64,000 bases of DNA, from IMG/VR virus record IMGVR_UViG_3300031578_000005, positions 32,001 through 96,000 of that record; one strand, written 5' to 3'. This stretch comes from a virus. Both the position numbers and the translations under genes were made by a program. Below the pieces are notes generated by a model. The model had not been told where the DNA came from. It did not search any database and was given only the letters and a program-made list of their open reading frames with translations. Below are positions 20,035 to 29,976 of this stretch, piece after piece. Within the stretch, counting starts at the first letter, position 1. Every line of letters starts with the position of its first letter.

Positions 20035-20173
20035 CATTTAAAAACATACGGTTTAGGACCGTTATGGTTTCGACCATAGAAGAGTGACGATGTTCGCTAC
20101 TACGTCACTCTTTAATTTAAAAATCTTGACAATACCGCTATTATTTAATACATTTGCAATAAATCTTGAAATC

Positions 20174-20665
20174 ATGGCATTGGATGTTAATAGTGAAAAG
20201 GGTAAAGAAAGCGTTCGTCAAGAAGCTGAAATGTTAAAAGGTGTTGAAAAATGCTGGAATTATAATGTCGTTGTGACAAATAAAAATAAAGAGGCAATTT
20301 GTGATGGTTTTTTAGTAAAAAAAAGAGAAGTTGTTGCAATATTTGAAAGTAAATGTAGGGACCTATCATATAATGAATTGGAAAATTATGGTTCATGGCT
20401 TATTACATATGATAAAATAAAAACCTGTAAATATTTATCTGAATTATTGAAAGTACCATTTATTGGTTTCTTGTATCTAATCAAAGACAATATCACACTT
20501 TTTTGGAAAATCACTGATTCAGATGGAAAGTACTTATTTGAATTTAATCATAATAAAACATTAACGCAAGAAACAATTAATGGTGGCAAAATATACAGAG
20601 ATAATGCATATTTGCCATTTTCAGAAGCTAAATTTGTTCACAAAGAAGAAATTATGTTTCCATAA
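20174..20665 (+). CDS. PD-(D/E)XK-like nuclease-fold protein
   Basis: CDGFL...IFESKCR; likely start MALDVNS after TACATTTG promoter. Confidence 0.55.
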   Translation: MALDVNSEKGKESVRQEAEMLKGVEKCWNYNVVVTNKNKEAICDGFLVKKREVVAIFESKCRDLSYNELENYGSWLITYDKIKTCKYLSELLKVPFIGFLYLIKDNITLFWKITDSDGKYLFEFNHNKTLTQETINGGKIYRDNAYLPFSEAKFVHKEEIMFP

Positions 20666-20715
20666 TGAATGATATTACAAACACAATTAATTAATTTGTT
20701 TATAATATAGTACAT

Positions 20716-20786
20716 GGGGAATTGGCGTAAAGGTAGCGTATTTGGCTTACATCCAATTGGCAATAGTTCGATTCTATTATTCCCTA
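20716..20786 (+). tRNA. tRNA-Val(TAC)
   Basis: TTGG-ctTACat-CCAA; GTTCGATTC. Confidence 0.7.
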
Positions 20787-20942
20787 CTTCGTCTGGAAAA
20801 TCCAGAAATAAATTAGCAGTTATCGGCTTATTCATCGATAAACATTCGTTATCGGTTATTAAGACGATAAAGCTATCTGGAAAATTCAGATAATTTCACA
20901 AAATCATTGTTTTATTTAAAATAAACTCAGTATATTTATAAC

Positions 20943-21089
20943 TTGTCAGTATAAGACATTAAAACCTCGTTAGGGACTAACGAGTACACGAGTGGAGTAA
21001 AAGTAAGACTTCTAGCTTTTCGGAGCAGTAAGCAAATTGCCGTGAAACTCGAAGCTCAATCCATCACGAAGTGTGGATGGGTAGTTCAC
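20943..21089 (+). mobile_element. omega-RNA-like IS200/IS605 right-end element (copy B)
   Basis: near-identical to 45960-46109; ends GGGTAGTTCAC. Confidence 0.7.
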
Positions 21090-21175
21090 ATAGGTATCGT
21101 CTAAAGGTAAGACGCTTCCCGTCCGAGGGAAGAGATGGGAACTGCAGATAAGGTTCAATTCCTCCTGCCTATGCA
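21088..21175 (+). tRNA. degenerate tRNA, probably Gly(TCC)
   Basis: CATAGG/CCTATG acceptor; irregular anticodon loop containing TCC. Confidence 0.45.
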
Positions 21176-21178
21176 AAT

Positions 21179-21262
21179 GCTCTTATGGTGCAACTGGAGT
21201 GAGACACAGCAGTCTTAGAAACTGTTTCTTAAATGGTGTGGGTTCGAGTCCCACTAAGAGCA
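21179..21262 (+). tRNA. tRNA-Leu(TAG)
   Basis: GCAGT-ctTAGaa-ACTGT; GGTTCGAGTCC. Confidence 0.85.
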
Positions 21263-21975
21263 CAATTTACTTCTAACTTATTATTGATTACATTAATAAC
21301 AATATTTAAATATTTTATTGAGGTTTGTTCTTTGAAATACTTTTGTTGGGAGACATCGATTATACATAATTCAATTCCTTGTTCTAAACAGGCTTGAAAC
21401 TTACGTTGGTCATTATTTTGGATTTGACCTAATTTATCTTCACCAAATATTGGTTCGTAATGGAAAATACCATTAAGTTCAAATGCTAATTTAAGTGAGG
21501 GAATGTAAATATCTAATTCTGAATTGATGGTTGTTTTATTATTGAATAATATTTCTAAATTTCGGTATTGTTTGGTTAATTCAGTTTCAAGATATTGCTC
21601 AAGTTTCGACCTACGATTACCATTTGTTTTGTGTTTATTATTATATGTGGCAGCACATGAACGTGAACAAAAGTGATTGGTAGATTTTTTTTTATCTGAT
21701 AATTGAATCGTAATATTGTTGCCACAATTAGTACATTGAATTATTTCTTTTTTACCTTGTGACGATTGATAACAATTTAATGAACAATATTTACCACTAA
21801 ATTTAGCACTTTTACATGGGATTTGTTTTATTTTACGTTTTGTTAAATAAAAAATATTTGCACAGCCATAACATTTGCATGGTAATTTATCTAATGATTT
21901 TGATGTTAAAAACTCTTGTTCTGTATATAATTTAATCATATAATGATGTTTATAATAAATACTTATAATATTCAT
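21229..21975 (-). CDS. Zn-finger + PD-(D/E)XK/Vsr-like free-standing endonuclease
   Basis: CxxC...YCSxxC, FCSRSC; ELDIYIP..AFELNGIFHY...DQRK. Confidence 0.75.
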   Translation of the reverse strand: MNIISIYYKHHYMIKLYTEQEFLTSKSLDKLPCKCYGCANIFYLTKRKIKQIPCKSAKFSGKYCSLNCYQSSQGKKEIIQCTNCGNNITIQLSDKKKSTNHFCSRSCAATYNNKHKTNGNRRSKLEQYLETELTKQYRNLEILFNNKTTINSELDIYIPSLKLAFELNGIFHYEPIFGEDKLGQIQNNDQRKFQACLEQGIELCIIDVSQQKYFKEQTSIKYLNIVINVINNKLEVNCALSGTRTHTI

Positions 21976-22088
21976 TTTCTGTACGTATCATCAGTACAAA
22001 ATTTATCGAAATAAAAAACTGCTTATTCTGGGGGATGATAGTAAGTTCCAGACACTAAGGTAGGGGTGATAGTCTACATAGGCGTAAT

Positions 22089-22162
22089 GGGGTCGTAGCT
22101 CAATTGGCGAGAGCACCGCACTTGCAATGCGGAGGTTAGGGAATCGTGCTCCCTCGACTCCA
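22089..22162 (+). tRNA. tRNA-Ala(TGC)
   Basis: GGGG start with G3:U70; CCGCA-ctTGCaa-TGCGG. Confidence 0.85.
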
Positions 22163-22216
22163 CAAATGACTGTAAATCAACAATTTACAGTCATTATTTA
22201 AAGTAATCATTTACAT

Positions 22217-22303
22217 GGCTCAGTGGTGGAAATGGCAAGACACGCAGGACTTAAAATCCTGTCCACCGAAAGGTGGGTGTGGGTTCGACTCCCATCTGAG
22301 CTA
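22217..22303 (+). tRNA. tRNA-Leu(TAA)
   Basis: CAGGA-ctTAAaa-TCCTG; long variable arm. Confidence 0.9.
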
Positions 22304-22392
22304 CAATTACCGGATATTGCCAGATAAAATTTTAGTTTATTGATTATCAAATATTTAATAAATTATATTTTACCAGATATTGCCGGATACAT

Positions 22393-22466
22393 GGCTCTAT
22401 AACCCAAATGGTAGAGGTGGTGTCTTCAAACGGCATTTGTTTTCAGTTCGAATCTGAATAGAGCTA
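22393..22466 (+). tRNA. tRNA-Leu(CAA), short variable loop
   Basis: GTGTC-ttCAAac-GGCAT; GTTCGAATC. Confidence 0.7.
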
Positions 22467-22494
22467 CAACAGTATTTATAATAAAACTAAGGTT

Positions 22495-22980
22495 ATGAAT
22501 TATAAATTATTTTCTTACTTAATGATGATACTGGTGTTTGTATCATATGTTGTATTCATCTGGTCAAGATATGGCATACAAAAATCAATATCTGCCAGTT
22601 ATTATGTATTGCCTGAAAAAATCAATGTGTTATTCACATTATTTTGTTGGGGATTTGCATTTCCTGCGATAATTGTTGCACAAACGCCATTAATGTTTTT
22701 GGCAGGTTCTGCAATTGTTTTTGTTGGTGCTGCCGCAAGATTTAAAGAAAAACTAACAAAATCTGTTCATATGATAAGTGCTACAATTGGTGTTATTTTA
22801 AGTCAGGCATCAATATTTTTTGATTATCACCTGTGGCATCTTAATGCAATATTTGTATTATCGTCATTAATTATATTAGGTGTGCTATATTTTAAACACA
22901 TCGATAAATATATATGGTGGATTGAAATTTTTGCATTTTCAACAATATGTATTGCATTAGGTATTAATTCAATATTTTAA
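22495..22980 (+). CDS. multi-pass membrane protein
   Basis: several hydrophobic helices, SISASYY motif; late motif at 22471. Confidence 0.75.
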   Translation: MNYKLFSYLMMILVFVSYVVFIWSRYGIQKSISASYYVLPEKINVLFTLFCWGFAFPAIIVAQTPLMFLAGSAIVFVGAAARFKEKLTKSVHMISATIGVILSQASIFFDYHLWHLNAIFVLSSLIILGVLYFKHIDKYIWWIEIFAFSTICIALGINSIF

Positions 22981-22985
22981 AATAC

Positions 22986-23056
22986 ACGTCTTTGTTGTAA
23001 TGGTAGCATAAATCTCTCCAAAAGATTTAGTACTTGTTCGAATCGAGTAAGACGTG
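22986..23056 (+). tRNA. tRNA-Trp(CCA)
   Basis: AATCT-ctCCAaa-AGATT. Confidence 0.8.
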
Positions 23057-23118
23057 CAAAATAAAGTTTATTGAAACAATTACTTTTGCTGTTCGAGATT
23101 GTTTTTATGTTAAAATAA

Positions 23119-23475
23119 ATGATTATGAATAGCAAAACAGATAATTTTTCAGATATTGAAATAATTAAAATACTTTCAGAGTGTAAATCATTTAGAGAGG
23201 TTTTAATTAAAATCGGTTATAGTAGTAATGGAAGCGGTGGTTATAGTCTACTCAAACAACAATTAAAAAAACGTGGCATTCAAATACCTAAATATCATTA
23301 TTATGGTGATGGAAAAAAACGTAGCTTATATACATTAGATGAAATTTTAGTTGAGAATTCAACATATACTGCAAGAGGTCGATTAAAAAAACGTTTGGTT
23401 AAAGAAGGTATGTTAGAATATAAATGTGTTTCTGATAACACAATACGTAAATGGCTTAAATTATATGAAAAATAA
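23119..23475 (+). pseudogene. HNH-type endonuclease with apparent internal deletion
   Basis: LDEILVENSTY...LKKRLVKEG..EYKC joins directly to VSDNTIRKW; no HNH core. Confidence 0.55.
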
Positions 23476-23489
23476 ATGTGCTAATACAT

Positions 23490-23562
23490 GCGTCTATCGT
23501 TCAACGGTAAGACAACTGCTTCCAAACCAGTTAATGAGGGTTCGATTCGTTCCCGGTGTGCT
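23490..23562 (+). tRNA. degenerate tRNA (Gly TCC or Trp CCA)
   Basis: D arm and GGTTCGATTC present; anticodon register ambiguous; poor 3' pairing. Confidence 0.4.
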
Positions 23563-23689
23563 AAATCGAATTTAAATTTTAGTGGAATAATTTCAGCTTT
23601 GATTTTCATTTGTAACAAAACCAATTTTTTTTCGTATATATTACCAATAATATTTGTTAATTAACACAAAATGATTTAAATTTGCTATT

Positions 23690-24406
23690 ATGTATATAAT
23701 CTCAAAAAAGAAAGATTTTTATGATGGTGTTGTCTCGACAATGGGTATTGATAAGTCTATTGTTTTTAATCGAGATGATGTTGAAATTGGAGAAAATGAA
23801 TATCCAAAATTATTTAGCCACTCCAAAGGTTATTGGAATTCATTAATGAATGATACCATTAATAATTTACATCACCACAATATAAAAAAAGAGCATAAAG
23901 GCGATTATCAAGCATATAACTATTTTGTTATTGGATTTTGTGGAAAACTTTATTTGGGTATGAAGTTATATACAAAAAGTCAGAACATCTTTGATGGTTT
24001 AACAACAAAAATAATTTATGATATTGACTTAATTACTGAAATTATTGAAAACACCGGCTATCGAAGCAATTTAATTGATGAAATTAATTATGTTCGTAAT
24101 TATAATGCATTAGACATTTTTAGAAAATTTAATACACCTGTATTTGTATATGATAATGACTATAACCGAATCTCGATCAATGATAGAAATGAGCATAAGT
24201 TCATTATTAACGCCAATATATACGAATATGAATTTTATAAAATCTTTGATAGTTTTCATGCATTCCAAGAAATTCAAATGTTTATTAGCGGTGTATTGGG
24301 TAGTGGTGAAAAGGAAATAATCAAAATTACAGATAAAGATAAAATCGCTCAACATGGCTTTGACTATAAATATAGTTTTAGAAAAGATAAAGAAAATAAA
24401 AAATAA
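23690..24406 (+). CDS. conserved phage hypothetical protein
   Basis: 238 aa; KKDFYD N-terminus and HGFD..SFRK C-terminus. Confidence 0.75.
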   Translation: MYIISKKKDFYDGVVSTMGIDKSIVFNRDDVEIGENEYPKLFSHSKGYWNSLMNDTINNLHHHNIKKEHKGDYQAYNYFVIGFCGKLYLGMKLYTKSQNIFDGLTTKIIYDIDLITEIIENTGYRSNLIDEINYVRNYNALDIFRKFNTPVFVYDNDYNRISINDRNEHKFIINANIYEYEFYKIFDSFHAFQEIQMFISGVLGSGEKEIIKITDKDKIAQHGFDYKYSFRKDKENKK

Positions 24407-24413
24407 GTTCTTT

Positions 24414-24776
24414 GGGGGTGACCGGATTTGACAGCATGTTAGACTGGTAATGTAAGCAGGTAGTAGTTGAATCAGGCTACTTTAAAAAGGTTCAAAGTTA
24501 TAAACGCAAACAATTCCGAGGACATTATGTCCATTCCGACTTCACACTTAATTGTGGGAAGAAGTGCATTTGCAGAGAAAACTGAACTCGCATTTGCTGC
24601 ATAGGAAATAACTAATACAGTTAAGAACTCCTGAGTTGAAAGGATAAATTTAATACAGTTTCATGTTTGAACTGGTAGAATCAATCAATACTTTGTCGGT
24701 TTAGAGAAATCGAATAAACCTGTAGAAAACGTATTAATCACATGTGTGGACGTGGGTTCGAATCCCACTACCTCCA
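24414..24776 (+). ncRNA. ssrA: tmRNA
   Basis: GGGGGTGACCGGATTTGAC 5' end, tRNA-like 3' end GGTTCGAATCCCACTACCTCCA; tag ORF 24506-24604 ending AFAA*. Confidence 0.92.
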
Positions 24777-24796
24777 CTTAAGTAATTATAAATAAG

Positions 24797-25231
24797 ATGA
24801 TTATGAGTACAGCAAGAAGTAGATTTATTGAAGCGATTGATGTTTGGATTAAGTCTGACGACGGAGAAGCCTACCTTAAAGACGAACGAATTCGACATGA
24901 AATTCAAATTGGAAGATATAAACGTTTTGATGACTGGTTGAAATGCAATGACTTTGATCTGCTAATATATCGACTAATTTTAAAGCATGACATAAGCTAT
25001 CGTGAAAAATATTATCATAATGGATTCGAACCCGGACCAAATAATTTATTACAATTCATTTTTGACTATATCGACAATAAATTCGAACCAATTGCCGTAG
25101 CTGAACTTGATTGCGAATTTTCAAATAATATCTGGTTATTTAAAGGATATTATTTTCAATGTATTTATGGTCAAGGAGCAATATTTAAAATATATAATAA
25201 AGCAGATATGCGAGAAATAATATCAATATAG
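24797..25231 (+). CDS. hypothetical protein
   Basis: 144 aa ORF. Confidence 0.7.
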   Translation: MIMSTARSRFIEAIDVWIKSDDGEAYLKDERIRHEIQIGRYKRFDDWLKCNDFDLLIYRLILKHDISYREKYYHNGFEPGPNNLLQFIFDYIDNKFEPIAVAELDCEFSNNIWLFKGYYFQCIYGQGAIFKIYNKADMREIISI

Positions 25232-25383
25232 ATGAAAAAAATCAAGCAACAAAAAAACGATGACTGTAATTGTGGTAAGTCAGTTAAAATAACAGAAAGA
25301 AAAAAATTAATATATAAGAACAATAAGAAATGAAAGAAAATTTTAAAGTCTTGTAATGCAACTCAAATGTTGCTACAAGAATA

Positions 25384-25713
25384 ATGAAAGTAAAAAAAAT
25401 TGTAGATTCAACAACAAATCGTTATGTATTCAATCGTGCGTATAAAGAATATTTAGAACGCAAAGGTAAAATTCGTTGCTCTTATTGCCAATTTCATAAA
25501 AATGAAAATGATAATAGAAAATGGTATGGTGGAATAAAACATAATGAATTTTATGATGATATGTTGACATGTTATGGTGGTGTTAAAGAAACTCATACTA
25601 GATATCCTAATTGGAAATTAATTTCTAAAAATAAGAAACAGTGGATGAATAAAGGAATTAAAATCACTGAAAAATATGATTTAAAACGTATTTATATTGA
25701 AATAAAATTTTGA
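25384..25713 (+). CDS. hypothetical protein with CxxC-H motif
   Basis: 109 aa ORF. Confidence 0.65.
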   Translation: MKVKKIVDSTTNRYVFNRAYKEYLERKGKIRCSYCQFHKNENDNRKWYGGIKHNEFYDDMLTCYGGVKETHTRYPNWKLISKNKKQWMNKGIKITEKYDLKRIYIEIKF

Positions 25714-25723
25714 GGTAATCACA

Positions 25724-25798
25724 TGGCGACATCGTTCAATGATAGGACAGCTCTCTCATAAGGAGTTGATACGAGTTCAATTCTCGTTATCCCAACCA
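25724..25798 (+). tRNA. tRNA with CAT anticodon (Met or Ile2)
   Basis: CTC(T)-ctCATaa-GGAG; ends ACCA; imperfect acceptor stem. Confidence 0.65.
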
Positions 25799-25845
25799 TT
25801 GGTCATTTTTGTACTAAGATAGTATTTATATTTAAAAGTACATTT

Positions 25846-26499
25846 ATGGCAAGAAAGGAAAAAACATATCATTTTATTTACAAAACGACCAATCTATTGA
25901 ATGACAAATATTATTATGGAATGCATTCCACTTATGATTTGAATGATGGATATTTAGGTAGTGGTAAAAGGTTGAGATATTCAATAAATAAACACGGAAA
26001 AGAAAATCATGTTAGAGAAATTATTGAATTTTTACCAAATTATAATGAATTGATTAAAAGAGAAGAAGAAATTGTAAATTTAAATGAAATTGCAAAAGAA
26101 AATTGTTTAAATTTAAGAGTTGGAGGTTCTGGTGGTTTGAATGGATTATCTAAGGAATCGTTAATGAAGATTAGAATTGCATCGTCTAATTATATGAAAA
26201 GTTTGTGGAAAAATGGTGGTGAAGAATATCGAAATAAATTCAGTAAAATTAACACAATAAATCTAACAAATGCACATAAAAACAATAAAATAAAATATGA
26301 TAATTTTAAAAACAGAAAACATCGAAATGAAACGATTGAATTAATGAAAAAAAAGAAAATTGGTTTTGGACGTGGAAGCGATAATTCTCAATATAATACC
26401 TGTTGGGTTACAAGAAACGGAATAAATAAAAAAATAAAAAAAGAGAAACTGTCCGAATTCATTAAATTGGGATGGATTAATGGAAGAAAATTTAAATAA
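25846..26499 (+). CDS. GIY-YIG (Seg-like) homing endonuclease with NUMOD3
   Basis: FIYKTTNLLNDKYYYG.HST...YLGSG. Confidence 0.85.
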   Translation: MARKEKTYHFIYKTTNLLNDKYYYGMHSTYDLNDGYLGSGKRLRYSINKHGKENHVREIIEFLPNYNELIKREEEIVNLNEIAKENCLNLRVGGSGGLNGLSKESLMKIRIASSNYMKSLWKNGGEEYRNKFSKINTINLTNAHKNNKIKYDNFKNRKHRNETIELMKKKKIGFGRGSDNSQYNTCWVTRNGINKKIKKEKLSEFIKLGWINGRKFK

Positions 26500-26522
26500 T
26501 CCTAAGTTGGCTCTGGTTTAAT

Positions 26523-26960
26523 TTAAAATTTAACAATACAATTTTTATTTTTAAAATCAAAACTTAGACCATTAATATATAATGAACTGCCCTTTTGAAG
26601 ATTTGCGTCATTATCGATAATAAATTTCCATTCGAAGTCATTGATATTTTTTGGTGTTTCTTGTTTTTGTTCATCATTTTGTTTATCAAATAATTTTAAT
26701 AAAAACGTGCCTTCGACGCTTTCAACATCAACAATAAAATTTTCAACCCCCATGTCATTTAACCAGAAAGAAATTCCCCAATTAACAACAATATCACTTT
26801 CAGTAACTTCACTATCAAATTCATTTGTGAATGCACTGTAATTGTAAAAAGATGAATTAGTTAGCCTTTCTTTAAAATGAAATCTATCATCATTCATTAT
26901 ATATGATTCATTGAGAAATTTCTGTATTTCCTCAAAAATTATAGTTTCACTTAACTTCAT
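26523..26960 (-). CDS. hypothetical protein with IIFEE..LNE leader
   Basis: 145 aa; late motif at ~26978. Confidence 0.7.
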   Translation of the reverse strand: MKLSETIIFEEIQKFLNESYIMNDDRFHFKERLTNSSFYNYSAFTNEFDSEVTESDIVVNWGISFWLNDMGVENFIVDVESVEGTFLLKLFDKQNDEQKQETPKNINDFEWKFIIDNDANLQKGSSLYINGLSFDFKNKNCIVKF

Positions 26961-27065
26961 AACAAATATATTTTAAATATAAATACTATTAATTCAATTA
27001 AAATTAATATATTTGTTTTCTGTAACAAATATAAAAACTTTACGTATATAATTTAAACATTAAAA

Positions 27066-28163
27066 ATGAAATTACTTGAAAAAATTAATTGGGAAGTCCT
27101 AGATACATATATTGAAAATGGATTGATTATGTCCAATAAGCATCCTGAATACGATATTTGGATTTTAAATTACACACCAAAAACACAATCAAAAAAGTTA
27201 TGGGATGTATATACTATATCATGTCGTGGATTAATTATCGATGTTGATGGTAATATTTTAGCCCGACCTTTTCAAAAATTTAAAAACTTTGAGGAACATG
27301 ATTCTTCAGAAATTGATATGTCATTACCTTTTGAAATATTTGAAAAGCGTGATGGATCATTAATTATATTATTTTACTACGAACTCAGAATGGAATGGAT
27401 TGTTGCATCAAGAGGTTCATTTGCTTCAGAACAATCAATTGAAGCTAAAAAAATATTAGAGTCAAAAGAAAATGCTTTTAAATTCTTAGACATAAAAAAT
27501 ACGTATTTATATGAAGTTCATTATGGCGAAAATAGAATTGTGGTAGATTATGGTGACTTAAGAGACGTGGTGTTATTAACTGTTATTAATTCAAAAACCG
27601 GCTATGAATTATCTTATGATGCAATGAATGAACAATATTCAAATTATTTTGCAATTGTCAAAAGGTTTGATATAAATATTAATTCACTGGATGATTTAAA
27701 AAAACTTGAAGAAGAAAATAAAGAAGGTTTTGTTGTTAAATTTTCGAACAATTTTAGAGTTAAAGTAAAATTTAGTGAATACATTAGATTGCATGGAATA
27801 TTAACAAATGTTTCAAACATAATTGTCTGGGAACATTTGAAGAATAACTATGATTTCGACACATTATTAGACAGAGTTCCTGACGAATTTTATTCATGGC
27901 TTAACAAAACCATTGATAAATTAAAAGGTAATTTCAATGAAATTGAAAGATTATCATTAAAAGAATTTATTAGAATTTACTATATTAATGAGATATCTAC
28001 TCGCAGAGAATTTGCAATGGAAGCAAAGAAGTGTAAATATCGATCGATCTTATTTAAATTGTATGATAAAAATCAATACGATGAAATTATCTGGAAAATG
28101 ATTAGACCAGTTTATAGTAAGCCGTTTTCTCGTCATTTTGAAAATAGTTTGGAAATTAATTAG
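27066..28163 (+). CDS. RNA ligase (T4 Rnl1-like)
   Basis: CRGL, RPFQKF, EKRDGS (KxDG), EGFVV, RVKVK motifs. Confidence 0.88.
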   Translation: MKLLEKINWEVLDTYIENGLIMSNKHPEYDIWILNYTPKTQSKKLWDVYTISCRGLIIDVDGNILARPFQKFKNFEEHDSSEIDMSLPFEIFEKRDGSLIILFYYELRMEWIVASRGSFASEQSIEAKKILESKENAFKFLDIKNTYLYEVHYGENRIVVDYGDLRDVVLLTVINSKTGYELSYDAMNEQYSNYFAIVKRFDININSLDDLKKLEEENKEGFVVKFSNNFRVKVKFSEYIRLHGILTNVSNIIVWEHLKNNYDFDTLLDRVPDEFYSWLNKTIDKLKGNFNEIERLSLKEFIRIYYINEISTRREFAMEAKKCKYRSILFKLYDKNQYDEIIWKMIRPVYSKPFSRHFENSLEIN

Positions 28164-28204
28164 TCCATTATACATTGTCATAGTATTTATATTAAAATAA
28201 TATT

Positions 28205-28999
28205 ATGGCATATGTATATAAACATCTCAGAAAAGATAATAATGATGTATTCTATATTGGCATTGGATTATCTAAAAATTTTAAACGAGCATATTCTAAA
28301 TGTAATAGAAATAACTATTGGAAAAATATTGTGAATAAAGTAGATTATATTATTGAAATTATTCATACAAATATTACATGGGAAGAAGCATGTAATATTG
28401 AAATAAAATTAATAAAAGAATATGGTCGAAAAGATTTGAATGAGGGTGAATTGGTTAATATGACTAACGGTGGAGATGGTATTGTTGGGTTAATTCAGAC
28501 TGATGAACATAGAAGAAAAAATAGTGAAGCAAATAAAGGAAGACCTAAAAGTACCAAACATATTGAAAAATTCAAAAATAGAATTCAGTCTGATGAAACC
28601 AAACGAAAAATTAGTTTAAAGAATAAAGGAAGAATTTGTACTGATGAAACCAAACGAAAAATTAGTGATAAATTAAAAAATAAGATGATTGGTGATAAAA
28701 ATCCGTTCTTTGGTAAAGAACATACTAATAAAGCTAAAGAACAAATAAGTAATTCCTTGAAAGGACGCAAATTGTCCGAAACAACAAAAAATAAAATATC
28801 TGAATCAAATAAAGGAAAAACTCGCATAATTTCCGAAAAATCAAAAATTAAAATGAGTATTTCTGCAAAACATAGAAACATTAGACCACCATCAAGAAAA
28901 GGAACGTGTTGGGTAACAAAAAATGGTGTAACTAAATCAATTAAAATTAATGATTTAGATTTTTACATTTTTGATGGTTGGGTAAGAGGACGTAAGTAA
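28205..28999 (+). CDS. GIY-YIG-like homing endonuclease with NUMOD3 repeats
   Basis: YVYKH...FYIGIG...LVNMTNGGDG; repeated ETKRKIS. Confidence 0.85.
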   Translation: MAYVYKHLRKDNNDVFYIGIGLSKNFKRAYSKCNRNNYWKNIVNKVDYIIEIIHTNITWEEACNIEIKLIKEYGRKDLNEGELVNMTNGGDGIVGLIQTDEHRRKNSEANKGRPKSTKHIEKFKNRIQSDETKRKISLKNKGRICTDETKRKISDKLKNKMIGDKNPFFGKEHTNKAKEQISNSLKGRKLSETTKNKISESNKGKTRIISEKSKIKMSISAKHRNIRPPSRKGTCWVTKNGVTKSIKINDLDFYIFDGWVRGRK

Positions 29000-29083
29000 T
29001 TATATAATTTTCTTTACTATTTATTAGTATGGATATTATTAAAATAATAAAAGAAGAAATTGAAACACTGATGTAGTATTGGT

Positions 29084-29176
29084 TATAACGGTTGGGTGTA
29101 TGAGAAGGTTTGCTTAGATGAACTTTCAAATTATCCACAACTGCTGATAGCAAACTTTCTTATACACCTTGTTATA
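29084..29176 (+). repeat. attC-like imperfect palindrome 1
   Basis: TATAAC...GTGTATGAGAAGGTTTGCT / AGCAAACTTTCTTATACAC...GTTATA. Confidence 0.6.
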
Positions 29177-29292
29177 CACAGTACGGTTTAATTAGGTAGA
29201 AACTAAATTGAAAACGAAATAAAAACTTTTTAAAAATGTGTGATGGAAAATTTAATTCTGAATATTTATATATAAAATAAAAACGAAATACT

Positions 29293-29685
29293 ATGAGTAA
29301 AGAAATTAGACAAATGATTGATAAAGTTAAGAACTTTAAGCAATTTGTGAATGAACAAAGAGTTCCATATAACGAATTACAAAATATGGTTAAAGATTTC
29401 TTGAATAAAGAAATTCAATTTACAATGGATGATATTCAAAAATATGTTGTTGGTAACATTGAAAGTATTGATTATCACACAAATGGTAGAGGGTTTGAAG
29501 TTAGTGTTGGTAATTATAAAAGTGGTGACGGTGTTAAAGATGGTAGGGGGTCATTATCAATATTTCCAGATGAAAATAAAATTATCTTTTCACATAATGA
29601 TTTTAAACCACACCCAGTTAGTGGTTTGAATGAATTTACGAATAATTTTTTTCAATTTATTAGTAAAATAGATTTCAAAAAATAG
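29293..29685 (+). CDS. cassette-like ORF with MSKEIRQMIDKVKNF leader
   Basis: 130 aa; lies between attC-like sites. Confidence 0.75.
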   Translation: MSKEIRQMIDKVKNFKQFVNEQRVPYNELQNMVKDFLNKEIQFTMDDIQKYVVGNIESIDYHTNGRGFEVSVGNYKSGDGVKDGRGSLSIFPDENKIIFSHNDFKPHPVSGLNEFTNNFFQFISKIDFKK

Positions 29686-29776
29686 TGAATATTTTTTGAA
29701 TGTAAAAATGTGTGGTGGAAATCTTTAAAAAGTTTTTTACATAGAACTTAATTTGAAACACTAATATAGTATTGTG

Positions 29777-29865
29777 TATAACGTTGAGTGTATGAAACGT
29801 AGCATGCACAACACTTAATATAAACCACTAACCTTGATTGGCTATGTTTTATACACGTTGTTATA
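29777..29865 (+). repeat. attC-like imperfect palindrome 2
   Basis: TATAAC...GTGTATGAAACGTAGC / GCTATGTTTTATACAC...GTTATA. Confidence 0.6.
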
Positions 29866-29976
29866 ACCAGTACGGTAAAATTACCACAAATGTTAGATTG
29901 AAACACCGAACAAAAACTTTTAAAAATGTGTGACGGTAATATAATTACACTACTATTTATATTAAAATATTATTAT

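Noticed and set aside
22308-22389. Pair of 19 bp direct repeats around a ~44 bp spacer as a mini-CRISPR
   Set aside because: Only two copies, AT-rich spacer, no supporting context.
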